Positions 1 through 12,562 of a DNA stretch of 64,000 nt are shown piece after piece (the stretch's first letter is position 1; each line of letters begins with the position of its first letter). The position numbers and the translations under genes were made by a program. The notes under the pieces are model-generated. The model saw nothing but the letters and a program-made list of their open reading frames with translations. It was not told the origin of the DNA and did no database searches. This DNA comes from Raillietiella orientalis (taxonomy: Eukaryota), in assembly GCA_036172245.1 (NCBI GenBank), contig JAYWIR010000026.1, forward strand, positions 2,914,001 through 2,978,000. Direction: 5' to 3'.

Positions 1-2299
1 GCAAGGAAAACGATAGCGTAAAAAAGACCATCGTCCCGAAAGGAAGTCAAATGAAATCTTAACTGGGAAGTTACTAAGTGTTTTTGAATCGATTGACACC
101 CATCCACATCGATCAATTATAAATTATACTTTTCGTTGTACGATACGAGCAAGAAACAATAAGAGTGCAAATAGAATCTTCAACGGCAATGAGTACATCG
201 CATGGTTCCATTCTGAAAGACGATGAAATCCCGGCTTCCGTCTGTGGTGAATCCATCCAAACACGCCACCGTACTGACAAACGTTCCGACAAAAAAGACC
301 AAGGTCGAATGTAAATTGGAAAGTGATTTCCTGCTTGCCGATGACCTTGTGTGGCGAAAGTTTAATAGAAAACGTTTTGGATTGCTCAGCATCGTGCGGG
401 TGGTCTCCTGTGCGGGAGTCTTCACTGTGGCAAGTACGCGTGCCACACGAAACGCCTAGGCTTCTCATCTCGGCCGAGATTTCCTTAATGGCCTTGCATG
501 TGCCTGATCTCAGCAAGAAAACCGAGTCACGGGAAAGGCACCACCCACCACTGTTATTTTACGTTCTCAGCACAAAGGTGAGCTGAGTCTACCTTTCGGC
601 TGCAATTCCGGAATGGCAGGCTGCAAATTTTTGATTTTTGGTAAACGTCAGGCTAACACTTTGCTTGCAGCTGGGTATTTCTCCTTGGAGGCGGCGGTTA
701 TTGAATCCTGGATCAGTCACGATTTGGCACACCTGTGGTGCTACCTGCTTATGAGAACCACGTTTGAACAACATCAGGTTTTCGACGTTGCTTCGGTGCA
801 GCAAAAAGTATTTCTGAGCTGCAGGCAGCACGCGCGGCGTAGAAGTAGTACTGTTTCGCTGCGGATCCTGGAATGAGTTGGGCGCCCCCGTCGTGATGGC
901 AGAAGGATCCGGCAAGCGTCTCTGTGGCGTGCAAGCGCCACGTCGATGGCTTTGTCGCAAGGAAACAACTCATAGATCTTCGTGGCGTTGGCATCGGCTG
1001 CAACTCTCGTCGTGGCTTTCTCGGCTTCAGCAAAAGACGAGTATGCATGTTATGCGTGGATTGCTGCGGATGCGACGGGAACATCTGGCAAGGCTTCGCT
1101 TGCACAGGTTGTAATCCGATGAGGAATGCTTTCGATGATAACAAGGGTACTCCGCCGTGGCGTCGATCACATCCGTGAATTTGCTCACAAGAGCACCTAG
1201 ACTCCCAATTTGTGAAGCAAGCTAACGCTCGTCGATTCGCCCTGGCAACACACCCCTATGATGGTGGAGCGTAGACACTCTGGTGCGAAAGACAACACGC
1301 CGCCTTGGTCAACACAAGGAGGTGGTTGTGCAAATAGAAAATCAATTTTGGCAGGTGGAGATTTAGAAGAAATCGTAGTGGTCTTTGTCCGCCTGTAGAG
1401 TTGGATTCATCTAATGCGGCGTGTCGCGGAAGATGTGCCTGCTGGGGAGGAGTCACCAGGAGAGAAGGAGCACATAGTAAGAAGGAAGACAAACAAACAA
1501 ACGCAAGAATGTCCAACGGAGAGTTTTGAATTGTTTAGGAAGGATGTGTAAGGAAACAATCACAGTTTTCCATTTGCATCCTCTCAAGGATGTCGGCAAA
1601 GTCGTCCTGTCTGTGTGTAGACAACATTCATCGCTCTGCAAACTTAAGACAGAATATATGCATATGTTCTCTTCTGTTCGGTATCATGGTCAAGAGAGAC
1701 AACAGAGATGTTATGCGCGGCTTTTCATCCTCAGTTGTGAAGTCGTTTGGTCACCCCGATTTCATGAAGGAGCTGCGATCGTCGAGGCGGGCGGCGTTGC
1801 GCCAAGCGGGAAGACGTGTCGGACTAAGGCCTTCGGGTGGTCTTCAGGGGAGTTGGAGGAAGTGGTCAAACGTTTCCTGCACATGACCGGAGGGCAGTGC
1901 ACTTAAAATTCAACAGCAAAATGATTCTCTTTCGTAGCATTTAGCACGGTCTCTTGTCCTACTTCTCCTGTTCTATTTGTAGAGGGCGTGTGTTGAATAT
2001 GATGGTCCAACAAGGGAGTCGCAGTATCGAGTTCTGCTGCGTGAGGGGAAGCAAGAGTTTGTCTATGAAATGCGCAAATATCTGCACTTCATCAGAAGGG
2101 ATGCCCAGGAGATCCGTTGAGAGGACCCCTCCAAGGAGAGTGACGCGCTGCAAGAATCAGGCAGCTGACGCGCCAAGCTACCTACCCAACTAAATGTTTT
2201 TCCTTCTGATCCTGAGGGAAATCTGCCAAGTTGCTTTCTAGTTGCTTTTCACGTGCTCTTCCGTAGAAAGGTCGGCGCAGAGGCACCAGTTCTCGTTTA

Positions 2300-3500
2300 G
2301 GTCACGAGCTCCATCTGGAGCTCTCGGTTTGTTTCAGCTAGGAGAGGCGAACATGTCTAGAATACAGCAGATCTTGTGTTTCCTCCAAGTTCAGCTCGCA
2401 CGGCTTCGCTCTCATTTGAGTAGTTTTGCTTCGCTTATCGACACATTTGGTGGGCGAGAAGGAGGTGCATCAAGGCAACCAACTGTCGAGGCTGGTGACC
2501 TCAGCGAGGCGGTCCTCGGTAGTTGTAGATAAGTAAGACCGGTAAGCCAAACCGTGCCAAAACGAAGAAGTGAGAGATTCGGGACCACCTCTCTTAAGTT
2601 GACTCTCGAATCAGGAGCTGACGCTTTATTCTTTCACGGATCAGCATGTCGAGTCGAGCGTTCCCACGCTAAGGATGTGGTACTTCGTTATCGCGTTGGT
2701 GTGCCACCAGTGAATGCGCACTGGCCGTGTGAAGACGACTAGCTTTCGTCTCCCCATCAACAAACCACGCTGAGTCGTTTTTCCTCGTGGTGAACACTCC
2801 ACGTTTAAAAGGATTTCTTTTTTTCTAGAAACCTTAGATCTTGCCTGGAGGAAGCGAATTTTCTCCAAGTTCGAGCGGCAGTGATCGTCCTAGAAGAGTA
2901 GAGCTCTGACAGAGCGGCGTGCCGATGCTGTAGAGCAGTTAAGAATCAGATGGAATCTGCCTAACGGAAGACGCGATGTTCAGTTCTTTGCTTCGGTGCG
3001 AAATCGTGTAAGCGCCGTATCAGCGTCGACATCTTTCTGCTTCACTTGCAAGTCTACATTGAGCTCACGAAACTCGTGTTCATTCCTACGTTTATTAATT
3101 TTTTTTCTTTCTCATTTGCGTTTCCTTTCGACGATCTTTCTCTCCATCTTCAGTCTTCGTTCTCCCTTCTGTTCCATGTTTCTTGCTCCTTGTTGTCATC
3201 ACCACCACCTCGTGCCTACGGTCGCCTTTTATTTGTAGTCGCCAAAACTTGCAAATTGTTGGATAAAACAATCGGTCTTCAATCCCAGGATTCAGCAGGT
3301 GGAATTTCTTCCCGAGAATCAAAGAGAACAGCAAGAACTGGAATTTTCGTGAAAGCAAAGGGTCGGTTTGTGAGAGTTGAGCTGCGTTCATGTCGTCCGT
3401 CGGGAAGCAGCGCCTTGGAAAACGCAAGTGGCAACAAGTAGAATGCAAATAGGAGCTAGGCAAAAGATTGGCGAATCTTGTTTGCAAGCTGACATTCCTT
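2300..3500 (-). pseudogene. Possible very decayed R2-like C-terminal remnant
   Basis: IRFLQARSK...RGK followed by GDES..SHGQCAFTGG, resembling the CCHC/RH region, with KKFHL...DRLFY upstream. Many stops. Confidence 0.3.
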
Positions 3501-6500
3501 GCAATTCAGCTCAGGTAAGCATGTCACATACTTCATTACGGATGCTTCTCTGTCGATGGATGGCTTCCTTCCACACTTCTCGATCCTCAGAGCGATTGGA
3601 GCATAGAAGGTCCATAGGTAAGTCCTTTCAACCTTGCCTATTCGGAATTTAAGGACCCTTTGATAAATTTCGTGCTCCCTTTCAACGCACAGCTTCTATA
3701 CCACCAGAATGGAGTTAACTCAGTTGTGTTGGCTCGAAGACGACAAAGCTGAGGAGCACCTTCTCCTGCTATGGATTCCTTCGCAACATGCAGAAAGAGA
3801 CTGCGCATATGCAGCACGAGAGTGGCATGAACGCAATCGTTGCAATTCTGGGAGCGAAATGGGATGCATCTTCCTTGTGAGAGGAGAGATTCTGCGTTTT
3901 AACTGTGAATTTCCTTGGTCATCTCTAGAAAGGCTCCAAACACAGAAGTGGGCACATGTCGCACATACGTCTTGGGAGTATACGAAGATCCTGTGAAGAT
4001 GTGTGAACTCAAGCACATCTTTCCGTATGTAGCGCTTTTTTGTCGCGCCTCTCACATCGCTTTGCAGCCGTATAGAGCACGGCAACGAAAACGGCTCCCG
4101 ATAATGGGTTCTATCCTCACTGGAAGTTCCCTCGTTGCCTGGGACGTGCCATTCTGAATTTCAATCTGCCACGTTCTTTTGTTTTCGATATGCAGATCAT
4201 TCGTTTTAAACCTTTTCGTTTTCCGGCACGTGTTGTTAGTACTAGCGCTTTCAGCAAGAAAACGCTGACTTTGCATTACCAGGCTGCATGGACCTGCTCA
4301 TCGTTCCGATGCTCGGAGAGGGGGATGAGCTCATCTGTGTCTTCACGCAGCATTTTGATCGTGACACTGAACTCTATTTCCTGGTACATATGCGTGTTTA
4401 TTTATCTCGGGCGGATTGTAGGTAACGTTCCTGCAGCTGCACAGCTTGGTGGATTGCATCGCGGCTGCAGCAATGTGATGTTCTCTAGGGTCCCGAATAT
4501 TCGACGCATTCGACACATGCAACAAGTGTTGAACGTGACTGGTATTGGTTAGCAGTGTGCATGGATCCGTATAAAGCATGGAGCGTATGCGCACCTTGCT
4601 GGAGTGTGACGCTCAACGAACGACTTGTTGTGTGCTATATTCTGGAAGGCCTGATGCTGTGGCGATCATTCACCATCGTAAGGAACACTTTCCGCATACA
4701 ATTGAATCAGTCGTCAGATCGCGGATCCTTTTCTCTGATGCTCTTCTTGTACGCGGCTCACTGTTCATTTCAATCGTGCAACTATGAAGATGCAAACATC
4801 TGGTTTGCCGTCTGCTTCCTCCGTCAGCACGCAGGCTTCGGAAAGATGATCGCGCTGTTTGGCAACTTGCACGATGTTTGTTCGTGTTGTGTGTGCGTTT
4901 TGTGTACATGGCTTCCTCCACCGAGATGCAGCATGATCGCAGCGTGAGCTATTCAGCTTGTAGTGCGGAGTTTCGCGTGCTTGAGTCGAGTTTGATGATG
5001 GACTCCCAGTTTGTAGCTCGCTTCGCAATAGCACTTGCTGATTTACGAATATCGACTTCTTTCTCTTGATTTCTGTGATTTAATGAAGCCAGCTAGGAAC
5101 TCTTGACATCAGTTGTTTACTTTTTGCCGTTTGATTTTGTATGCACACGTATATTGCTGCTTGCGTTGGACTTACGTATGCTCCTTTGTTTTTCAGTTTG
5201 TTTCCTTTTTTTTTTGGCATACCCCAAGATTGTGTGTTGCAATGTGCACGAACCTTACTTCACTTGAAGAAAAGTCGTTATCGGATCTTTTGTATTTTAC
5301 AAATGTGGATGGTGCCTGTAACCTCTTTTTGGACAACACTGACTCTCATTGTGAAGTTTGGCTGAGCAATAGGAAACATATTACACCTGGAAATGTTTGC
5401 CAATTGGATCTTGAGGTAGGTGAAGTGCAATGTATATTTAATTGTAACTGTTATGCCAGGTGGAGGGACCTCTCCCTACTGAGAATATTGTTTATTATTT
5501 AGAAGGTCCAGATAATTCTTGCCAAATAACTTATCCTGGAAGAGTTGTAACGTACGCCTGCATTCATATTTTGGTTTCGTTTGTGAAACTTTATACATAA
5601 GCAGCATGCATTGTACCATTTTTCCTAATGTTTCTCACTCTTTTGCATGTTTCTTCTGACTGTACGTACTAAATATTACCTGTGCTTTCTCATGTCATTG
5701 GTCATTATGTGTGTATGGAAGAAGTACTTTGAAAACACTTGAAAACTATTGATTTCTGCAAATGACTAACTTATATTCTTAGATGTTCTCAGTGAAGTCT
5801 GACATTTTTCCTAATTTCACTTGAATTGGTTTTAACCTTCCATATGGTCTTTTATGAGTTCAGTTTAGGAAAGCTATCGAGATCTGTGTTATGAATTTTG
5901 TTTTTCATTTCTATGTTGTTTAGTTGTTTCTGAACATAACCTCGACTTGATTCAGTTTTCTTTATTATTCAGACTAAGATCTGGCCGAAATGTCTTCCCA
6001 ATACCTGGAAGACTAAATTGCACGTGGACCTCTGGAACATTGGTTACGGTGAAGATGAAGGGCTTGTAACTGGTGGATGTTGGAGGTTGGCTGAATAGAA
6101 TAAAAGCATTCTCTTGTTTCGTTAATTACTGGAATCTGAATCTCAACTATAAAAGGTATTCATAGATAATTAGTCCACCTTTCAGGATGAGCACATAAGA
6201 ACTCGTAGTTGAAAGAGCACTGCAAATTGAACTTTGGGAATTCTTCTTGCTTATGTATCACAAATAGCATTGGAAAGTAAAATTCCTCAAAGGTAAACGT
6301 ACGTTTTGTGAGTTATGTATATTTTATGAAAGACTTGATTCTAAAATTCTGTCTACGTCTACGCATCAAGTAATAGGATTCTTTATTATTTATTCATAAT
6401 CAAAGCATACGAGTTGTTACATTATAAAAAGCATGTTTTATTAGAATGTTTTAAGATTCCACTAAAATTATCCTGATAAAATCAGGATGTCTACCAAAAA

Positions 6501-8749
6501 ATGAAGCAAAGAAATATTAGTGAAGTAAAAATTTATTTTTTAAAATAACCATTCAGCAACTCTTTTTCATATAGCCTTGTGAATCATAAACTTGTATGGA
6601 CCTTTTCTTCCTTACACTTCCTTTTATAGTCATTCTCGAAATGAGAAAGCTACCATTTCACCGTGGATTATCTGATGGAGCTATTAATAACGTTTTCGGT
6701 CTATGAACTCTTATTAGCGACGATCAACCCGATTCTAGAAGATTGGCAGAATGCAATCTATTGCAGTATCACGAAGCCCCATGCCGTCCTACCCATTTTT
6801 ACTCGGCTCTATGTGCTCATACAGCATGTGTCTATGTCCTTATTTGACAAGCCTGAACACTTTATTTTCCTATCCCGTAATTCCACCTGTCTTTTCCCTT
6901 TGGAATTCTCTCTTCTGCAGCATCTCAGTCAAGCGCGCAATCCCTCGTTTCCTCTCATAATTTTTGTTTCTATACCGAAAAGAATTTGCTATTTCCAAGT
7001 CAAAAATAGTAATCAACCATGAACCCATAGTAAAAAATTCCAATAACAAATGCAAAATTTACTCACTAATTTTGCTCGATGACAACTTTCTCTAAGGCAC
7101 TCGCCTTCCAACTTCCTTGTTTACTGCATTTCGTCCCGAACCCCTAGTATTCTAAGTTAAACATTAAACTACTAGCAACGAAAGATGGTCATCTTTGTGG
7201 TTGTTGCCTATCTTCAATCATGACTTCAAATTTGCAAACCTCAAGAGAAATGGTAATTCCTAGTATTCATCTGTAAAATCTAATGAAGACAATCTTCATC
7301 CATCGTTATCTTTGCAAATAAAAATAACAAAAAATTTCGATTTCATTTTTATTGTATTTATTTCCGCAGAAATCTTGAAATTTATTGTTTCACAACTCTT
7401 TTCCTATTATTCCTTATTTTGCTGTTTCTTCTACGCTAATCTGGAAGTTGAGACCCACAATCCTGAAAACTGACCTTTTTTCGATATCTAATTATTATCT
7501 GCAATTGAAGTGCTTCTTTTGAATGCCTTTGTTTTTGAAGATTACACCTGAACACACCACTCACATACTCTTCGAGAGAGCATTTTCAGTTTTGCGACCT
7601 TCCCTGTTTGTCATTATCTTCAATAGTTTACTATTAGTTGGAACTCAAATCACAGGGTGCTCCACACTCAGAGTGTTCATTGGACGCTCCACTTGTGTGA
7701 GATAAAACCTCTGAGTATCGGGGCTCATCAGTTCCCATGGCGATAGCTTTTCACCGTCTCCACGTGGAGGCTGGACTCGATCTCTAATTCAGATTTCTCC
7801 ACCTTTACTCTTGTCCATCATCTTTCATTCGAACTTCCACTCTGATCTCACATTTCATAGATTTGGTAAGAACATTACTTTTTGTTTTTTATGATTGGGA
7901 ACTACTTTTCGGTATATATACTGCAAGTAACTCCCAAATATTAGAAATTAAAGACTACTTATTTTAGTGGAACATAATATCCTAACTCCCTACGAAAAAA
8001 ATCTGCAAAATTTAAGTGAAGCCAATGCATACCCCTGTTGATGGAGAAAAATTTTTCATCACAGTCGTTTTCTACTACTGCAGTCATTTTGACTTTAAAA
8101 TCGAAGTTACCCATTATTCTTTTGAACATTCTCAATGCTTCGCTCCATGTAAGCCATAAAGACAAAAATTGGAGTGAAAACACTTGTTTTGCAAACAAAT
8201 ATTTTTCATTTAAAATTGAGGCGTACCCTCAAATTTAGAATGGAATTTATAATTTCAATCAATATATAATTACAAAATTTAATAATTCCGCACACTTTCG
8301 ATCCTCCTACATTTGCTTACCATGTGTTTGTTTCTTCGAAAACTCTCATTTCCTCTTCTCAAGACCACTTCGACATTAGTATCATCCTCTTATTTTCCGG
8401 GATTATAAAACTCACGTTACAATCTAGATACGACACCAGCAAATCTTTTCGGTGGACACCTAATATGCCATTTCTAATGATTCACGATTGCAATCGACAA
8501 ACCAGGGTTTTCAAAAAAGTTTGGCTATCATATTGCAAATGGCGATGGGTCGAAATCAAGAGATGTTTAGGGGATCAGATGCTTCTGATTTTGGGATAAG
8601 CACCGTTCCTGAGGATTTCCAATCATCTGGAATTCTGTGGTGGTGCAAACAAGCAGAGAATAATGAAGCAAGAAAGGAACTGTCTGGATCTGCACGACGA
8701 CTTACACTTTGATATGCAATTCTGTCACTCCCAGGTGAGCAATCTGTAC

Positions 8750-9345
8750 AGACCAGCTCAACAAGGAGGGGAGCAAAGAAGCGACGTCCGTCACCGAGCC
8801 CACATTTAATGGCGTCGCTTTCGAACGAGCGGACAAGGAGCTCGTCGCCTCACTACAGCGACCTTCCAATAAAACGAAAAAGGCCTTGAGGCGTCCGGCT
8901 TCCGCAAAGGGGTCTGAGGTCTCGGGACTCTGAAGCGAAATTTAAAAACTCACCTTCCTTAGCCGCGGAACCCCACCGGAAAGCTGGACTGAAGTCCAAG
9001 AATCCGCTGAGGATCATTTCCCCTATCGGAGGGGAAGACATGTTCTCCGGAGGCGACCGTGTAATGAGCGTGGGAAACTCCCAGGCCCCGTCGTCCAAGA
9101 AATTTAAACGCTCTGACGATTAGTGGCTGGACGAGGTGGAGGTCCAGCCTCAGGTTCCTAATATGCATCAGATCGCCATTGTCCCTGTCTACATCCCGCC
9201 TACCTCCTTCTTGGCAGGTGCTGCTATCTCACTTTCCCATCATGAATGCCGGAAATTGCCTCTCGCCGTCGTCTGCGGATCTCCTGCTGGAACGTCAAAG
9301 GGCTGATCGACAAGAACAAGAGAAGAGACGTGGCCGTCATTCTGC
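8750..9345 (+). pseudogene. X-type Tx1 fragment: ORF1 C-terminus and APE N-terminus
   Basis: RLRISCWNVKGLIDKNKRRDVA (APE motif I). Upstream FERADKELVA resembles LERVAEELAT at ~35270 (minus). Confidence 0.7.
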
Positions 9346-10850
9346 CATTCTTCTTCCCAGTGCTGCTGCAACAGTTTGGTGAGGCAGCTTCCAAAGAAAC
9401 GATGCTTTGCTGCCGATTACAATGGAAACAGCAGCACATCTTGTTCCCATTTCAAGGGGAACACGGAGCTGTCCAAACAAATGGGGGCACAACTATCTCT
9501 TCGGAGCACTGTTTGGTTTAACAAAGAAGTCCCTTTGCTCGATTCGGAGGAGTGGCGGCTTGCACCAGCTCCTCTGTCTTCCCGCCGCCGAGGAGCCTAG
9601 ACACTCCTGCAATTGTGAAGAAGAATTCGTATTTGCCACTTTGCAACTGTCATTGTTTGCCCTGAAGGCAGACAGAGCTGCAGCGAGTATTGTGGTGGCC
9701 AGACGATACGACTTCTTATTGTCCTGCACGACTTCGTTCAGAACATGGCTCAAGAAAAGTCGCAGGAGTCGAGGATCTTCCTAGCGCATAGCTTTGGAAC
9801 TGGCGCACGATGCAAAAGATTCCTGCCGCCATGCATTGGTGTTCATAGGCCAGCAGGAAATCCAGTTTTGGGCTTCCAGCAGCAAGGACAACTGCTTCAG
9901 TGGAAAGTCAAACCCCTTCCCGGTGTGCTGAAAGTTGTGCAGCAAAAAATGGAGTCCTTCGCTGCCCATGCAGCTCCTGAGTGAAAGGCGCGCGAGTAAG
10001 CGCCACGGTGTATACCACAGCTTGGCATGGAGCTGCAGCATACGAAACTGGACCTGCAGCTCGATGCTGCTCATGTCGAGGAATCCGCATTCTGACGCGG
10101 CGCCACCAAGTCTTTCAGTCTTACCCGGGAACTTGCAGCGCCCCACAGCGTTTTGCGTAGTAGACGTTGCTCCGAGGTCTTGACTTCCTGTGGGGGTTAG
10201 CAAACAAATAACAGGAGGCAGAGGAGGGGGCAACGGAGGTGTTCCATATGCTGGCCCATTTCGGCAAGACGAACTCGCTACCGGATAAAGGACCAAGCGC
10301 ACGCTCCGCCTTCCGAAGGCAGTTTGACCACTCTTCTGCGACGCAGAAGTCTCCCAACGGCACGCTAAGGTAATTGAAGTATATGACCTTGGAAATCCTC
10401 AGGTGGATCCAGTCGCACGGCCCTTCCTACGTCGCTCCCGCCTGAACGACCATGCACTTGCTCTTGTTGACGCTCACAACCGCTCCGCAACGGATCAACT
10501 CAAGAATCTTCAAGCGACTCCGCCGAGGTGGACATGAGCAACAGGACAAGCAGGTCATCGGCATACACTGCCACAAACGGTGTACCTGGACAGGAGCTCG
10601 GCAATTTGACGAGGTTAAGACTGTAAGACTCCAGCATGAATTGAAAGTAAATGCTGAAGAACAACGGGTTTTAGCTATCTTCCTGTCACATGCCCCTTCG
10701 CACCGGTACGCCGTGCGTGTGACAGCTACTAAAAGCAATAGATGTTATTGTGCGGCACCAGCAGGAGCGCAAGTATTCCAGCAAGACCGCTGGGAGCCCT
10801 ATACGTTCCAGTAGCTCCAGAAGATACTTTTGGTTCAGGCAGTCGAATGC
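9346..10850 (-). pseudogene. Family D ORF2 fragment (RT from the AFD motif to C-terminal region), degenerate
   Basis: AFDCLNQKYLLELLERIGLP, HGVPVRRG, YADD-like region, SVNKSKCM, KKSYRLATT. Homologous to 32195-34100 (+). Confidence 0.85.
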
Positions 10851-11265
10851 CGTCGCCGTTTGGAATGTCAACGGCATGATAGTATTCGGCAGGAGACGAG
10901 ACATGGCCGCCCTATTAGTATTCTTCTACCTTGCTCTGCTGCAGGAAATTCACGTGATCTCTGCAGAACAAGCGCAAGAGGTCGAGTGGATCTCTGTGGT
11001 ATCGGTGTGGGAAACCGCAGGGTTGCCTTCCATCTTCGGCCAGCAGTGGAGGCCGCGGCGCGCAGCGTGCGGTTCGACGATAACGTCGTGTCGGCCAGCT
11101 GTAACTCAAGTGGTCCGACTCCATCGACCTGATCGCCACGAATGTATACGCCCAGAAAGACGAAGAAAGAATTTTTCCTTACCCTCCAGAGCGACGCGCT
11201 GCCCGAGGGAGGCTGCGGAGGCCCATCTGGTTGCAGGTGATTTCAACGTTCGCTTTCACGGGAGT
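10851..11265 (+). pseudogene. A-type AP-endonuclease fragment
   Basis: AVWNVNG, LLQEIH, AVEAAARSVRFD, AHLVAGDFNV. Nucleotide similarity to the minus-strand APE at 18950-19200. Confidence 0.8.
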
Positions 11266-11269
11266 CGGT

Positions 11270-12562
11270 CCTGCAATCATGTCGCTCCGTTGCTCCGCTG
11301 TTTAGTTGTCTTATGCGTCCCGCTGCTCACTCCTAAGGATGAGCAGTGAACAACGCAACGTGGAAGACCTCGAGCCTGTGTTTCAGGAACTTCCCGCAGC
11401 TGGAACGATGGCGACCACCTATGCGAGCCCCACGCCACTGACCAGGAGCTTCGCGGACGTGGCTGCATCTGCAGCCATACAAGGATGCCTTCCAGACAAG
11501 GCGGAGTTGCAAGCGTATGTAGCCCAGATCTACAAACCTGCGCTCCGCTATAATGTAAGTGGGGTAGGTAAGGCTGGGGAGGAGTTCGCGGACGAACTCT
11601 ACCGTGTTGGAGTGCGAGAGGAGCACCTGCTAGCCCTCATGCCTGTTCCAGCATTGGGCTATGTCAAGGTCTGATGCAAGCAGGCTGAGCTTGTGCAACG
11701 GCTCCTCCGCACTCCTTTGTCCATTTGCGGGAAAAAAGTTTTTCCCTTCGCGATGGACAAGTCCTTTGTCGTTGTTCTATCGGACGTAGAGCCGGAGATC
11801 AACAACAAACAGTTGATGGACGCCTTGGCGAATTTTGCCACCGTTAATGCGGTGCGGAGGAAGGGTAGTTTCTATAGGAAATCCTCCTCCGTCCACACAG
11901 GATTTGCTGAGGTTAGGGCTACCGTCCCTAACCGCCGCACGCTGGCTACCACGCTACAGTCAACGGCAAGGTCGTTCACCTGTGGTTCGTAGGCAAAACT
12001 CGCGCGTGCCAGCAACGCAACAACGAAGAGCATCGGGCTAAAGAATGCCCTTTTCCAAAGTGCCGCTATTGCAAGGAGTCTGGGCACGAAATCAGGCATT
12101 GCCCGGACATTAAGAAAAAAAAGGAGGCTGTAGACTCCGGCGCGCCAAAGAGAGCTCTGAGGAGACAGCAGCAGCCTCAAAAAAACGAGAAAACGCGCGA
12201 AACCCCTCAAAAACCAGGCAGGAACGTAGAGTCTCAAGAGGCTTTCTCTGCCGCAAAGCCCCGAAAGTGAAATCGGCCGGCAGAGAAGTCTATTAAAAAA
12301 GGGCACGAGGGCTCCGCGCGTGCCGTCACTGATCTCGTAGCGGAAAGAGGAGTTACCGTCCTGGGAATGGAGTCAGTGAAGCCAGATACACCGGGGACAC
12401 GCGAATAGCATTTACACGAAAATCGTCTCCTTGAGCCCCTTGTCCATTTCGGGGGCTTCGACAGGAAACCCCGAAAAGGCAATTGGAATTCCGGCGAGAA
12501 AAGCTGGGAAAAGCGGCGGCGAGTTCTTTGGAAACTCGCCGCATCATCCCCAACGCGGTAGC
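11270..12562 (+). pseudogene. Family D 5' region / ORF1 (N-terminal part with decayed zinc knuckles)
   Basis: RSFADVA, AELQAYVAQIYKPALRY, RTPLSICGKKVFP, KCRYCKESGHEI. Collinear with 19390-20630. Confidence 0.85.

Noticed and set aside
124..5069. Numerous short overlapping ORFs as host genes
   Set aside because: No recognisable domains or coherent gene structure. Likely decayed repeats.
8488..8712. DASDFGI as a Ty3/gypsy RNase H motif
   Set aside because: Isolated motif with no supporting RT, integrase or LTR nearby.
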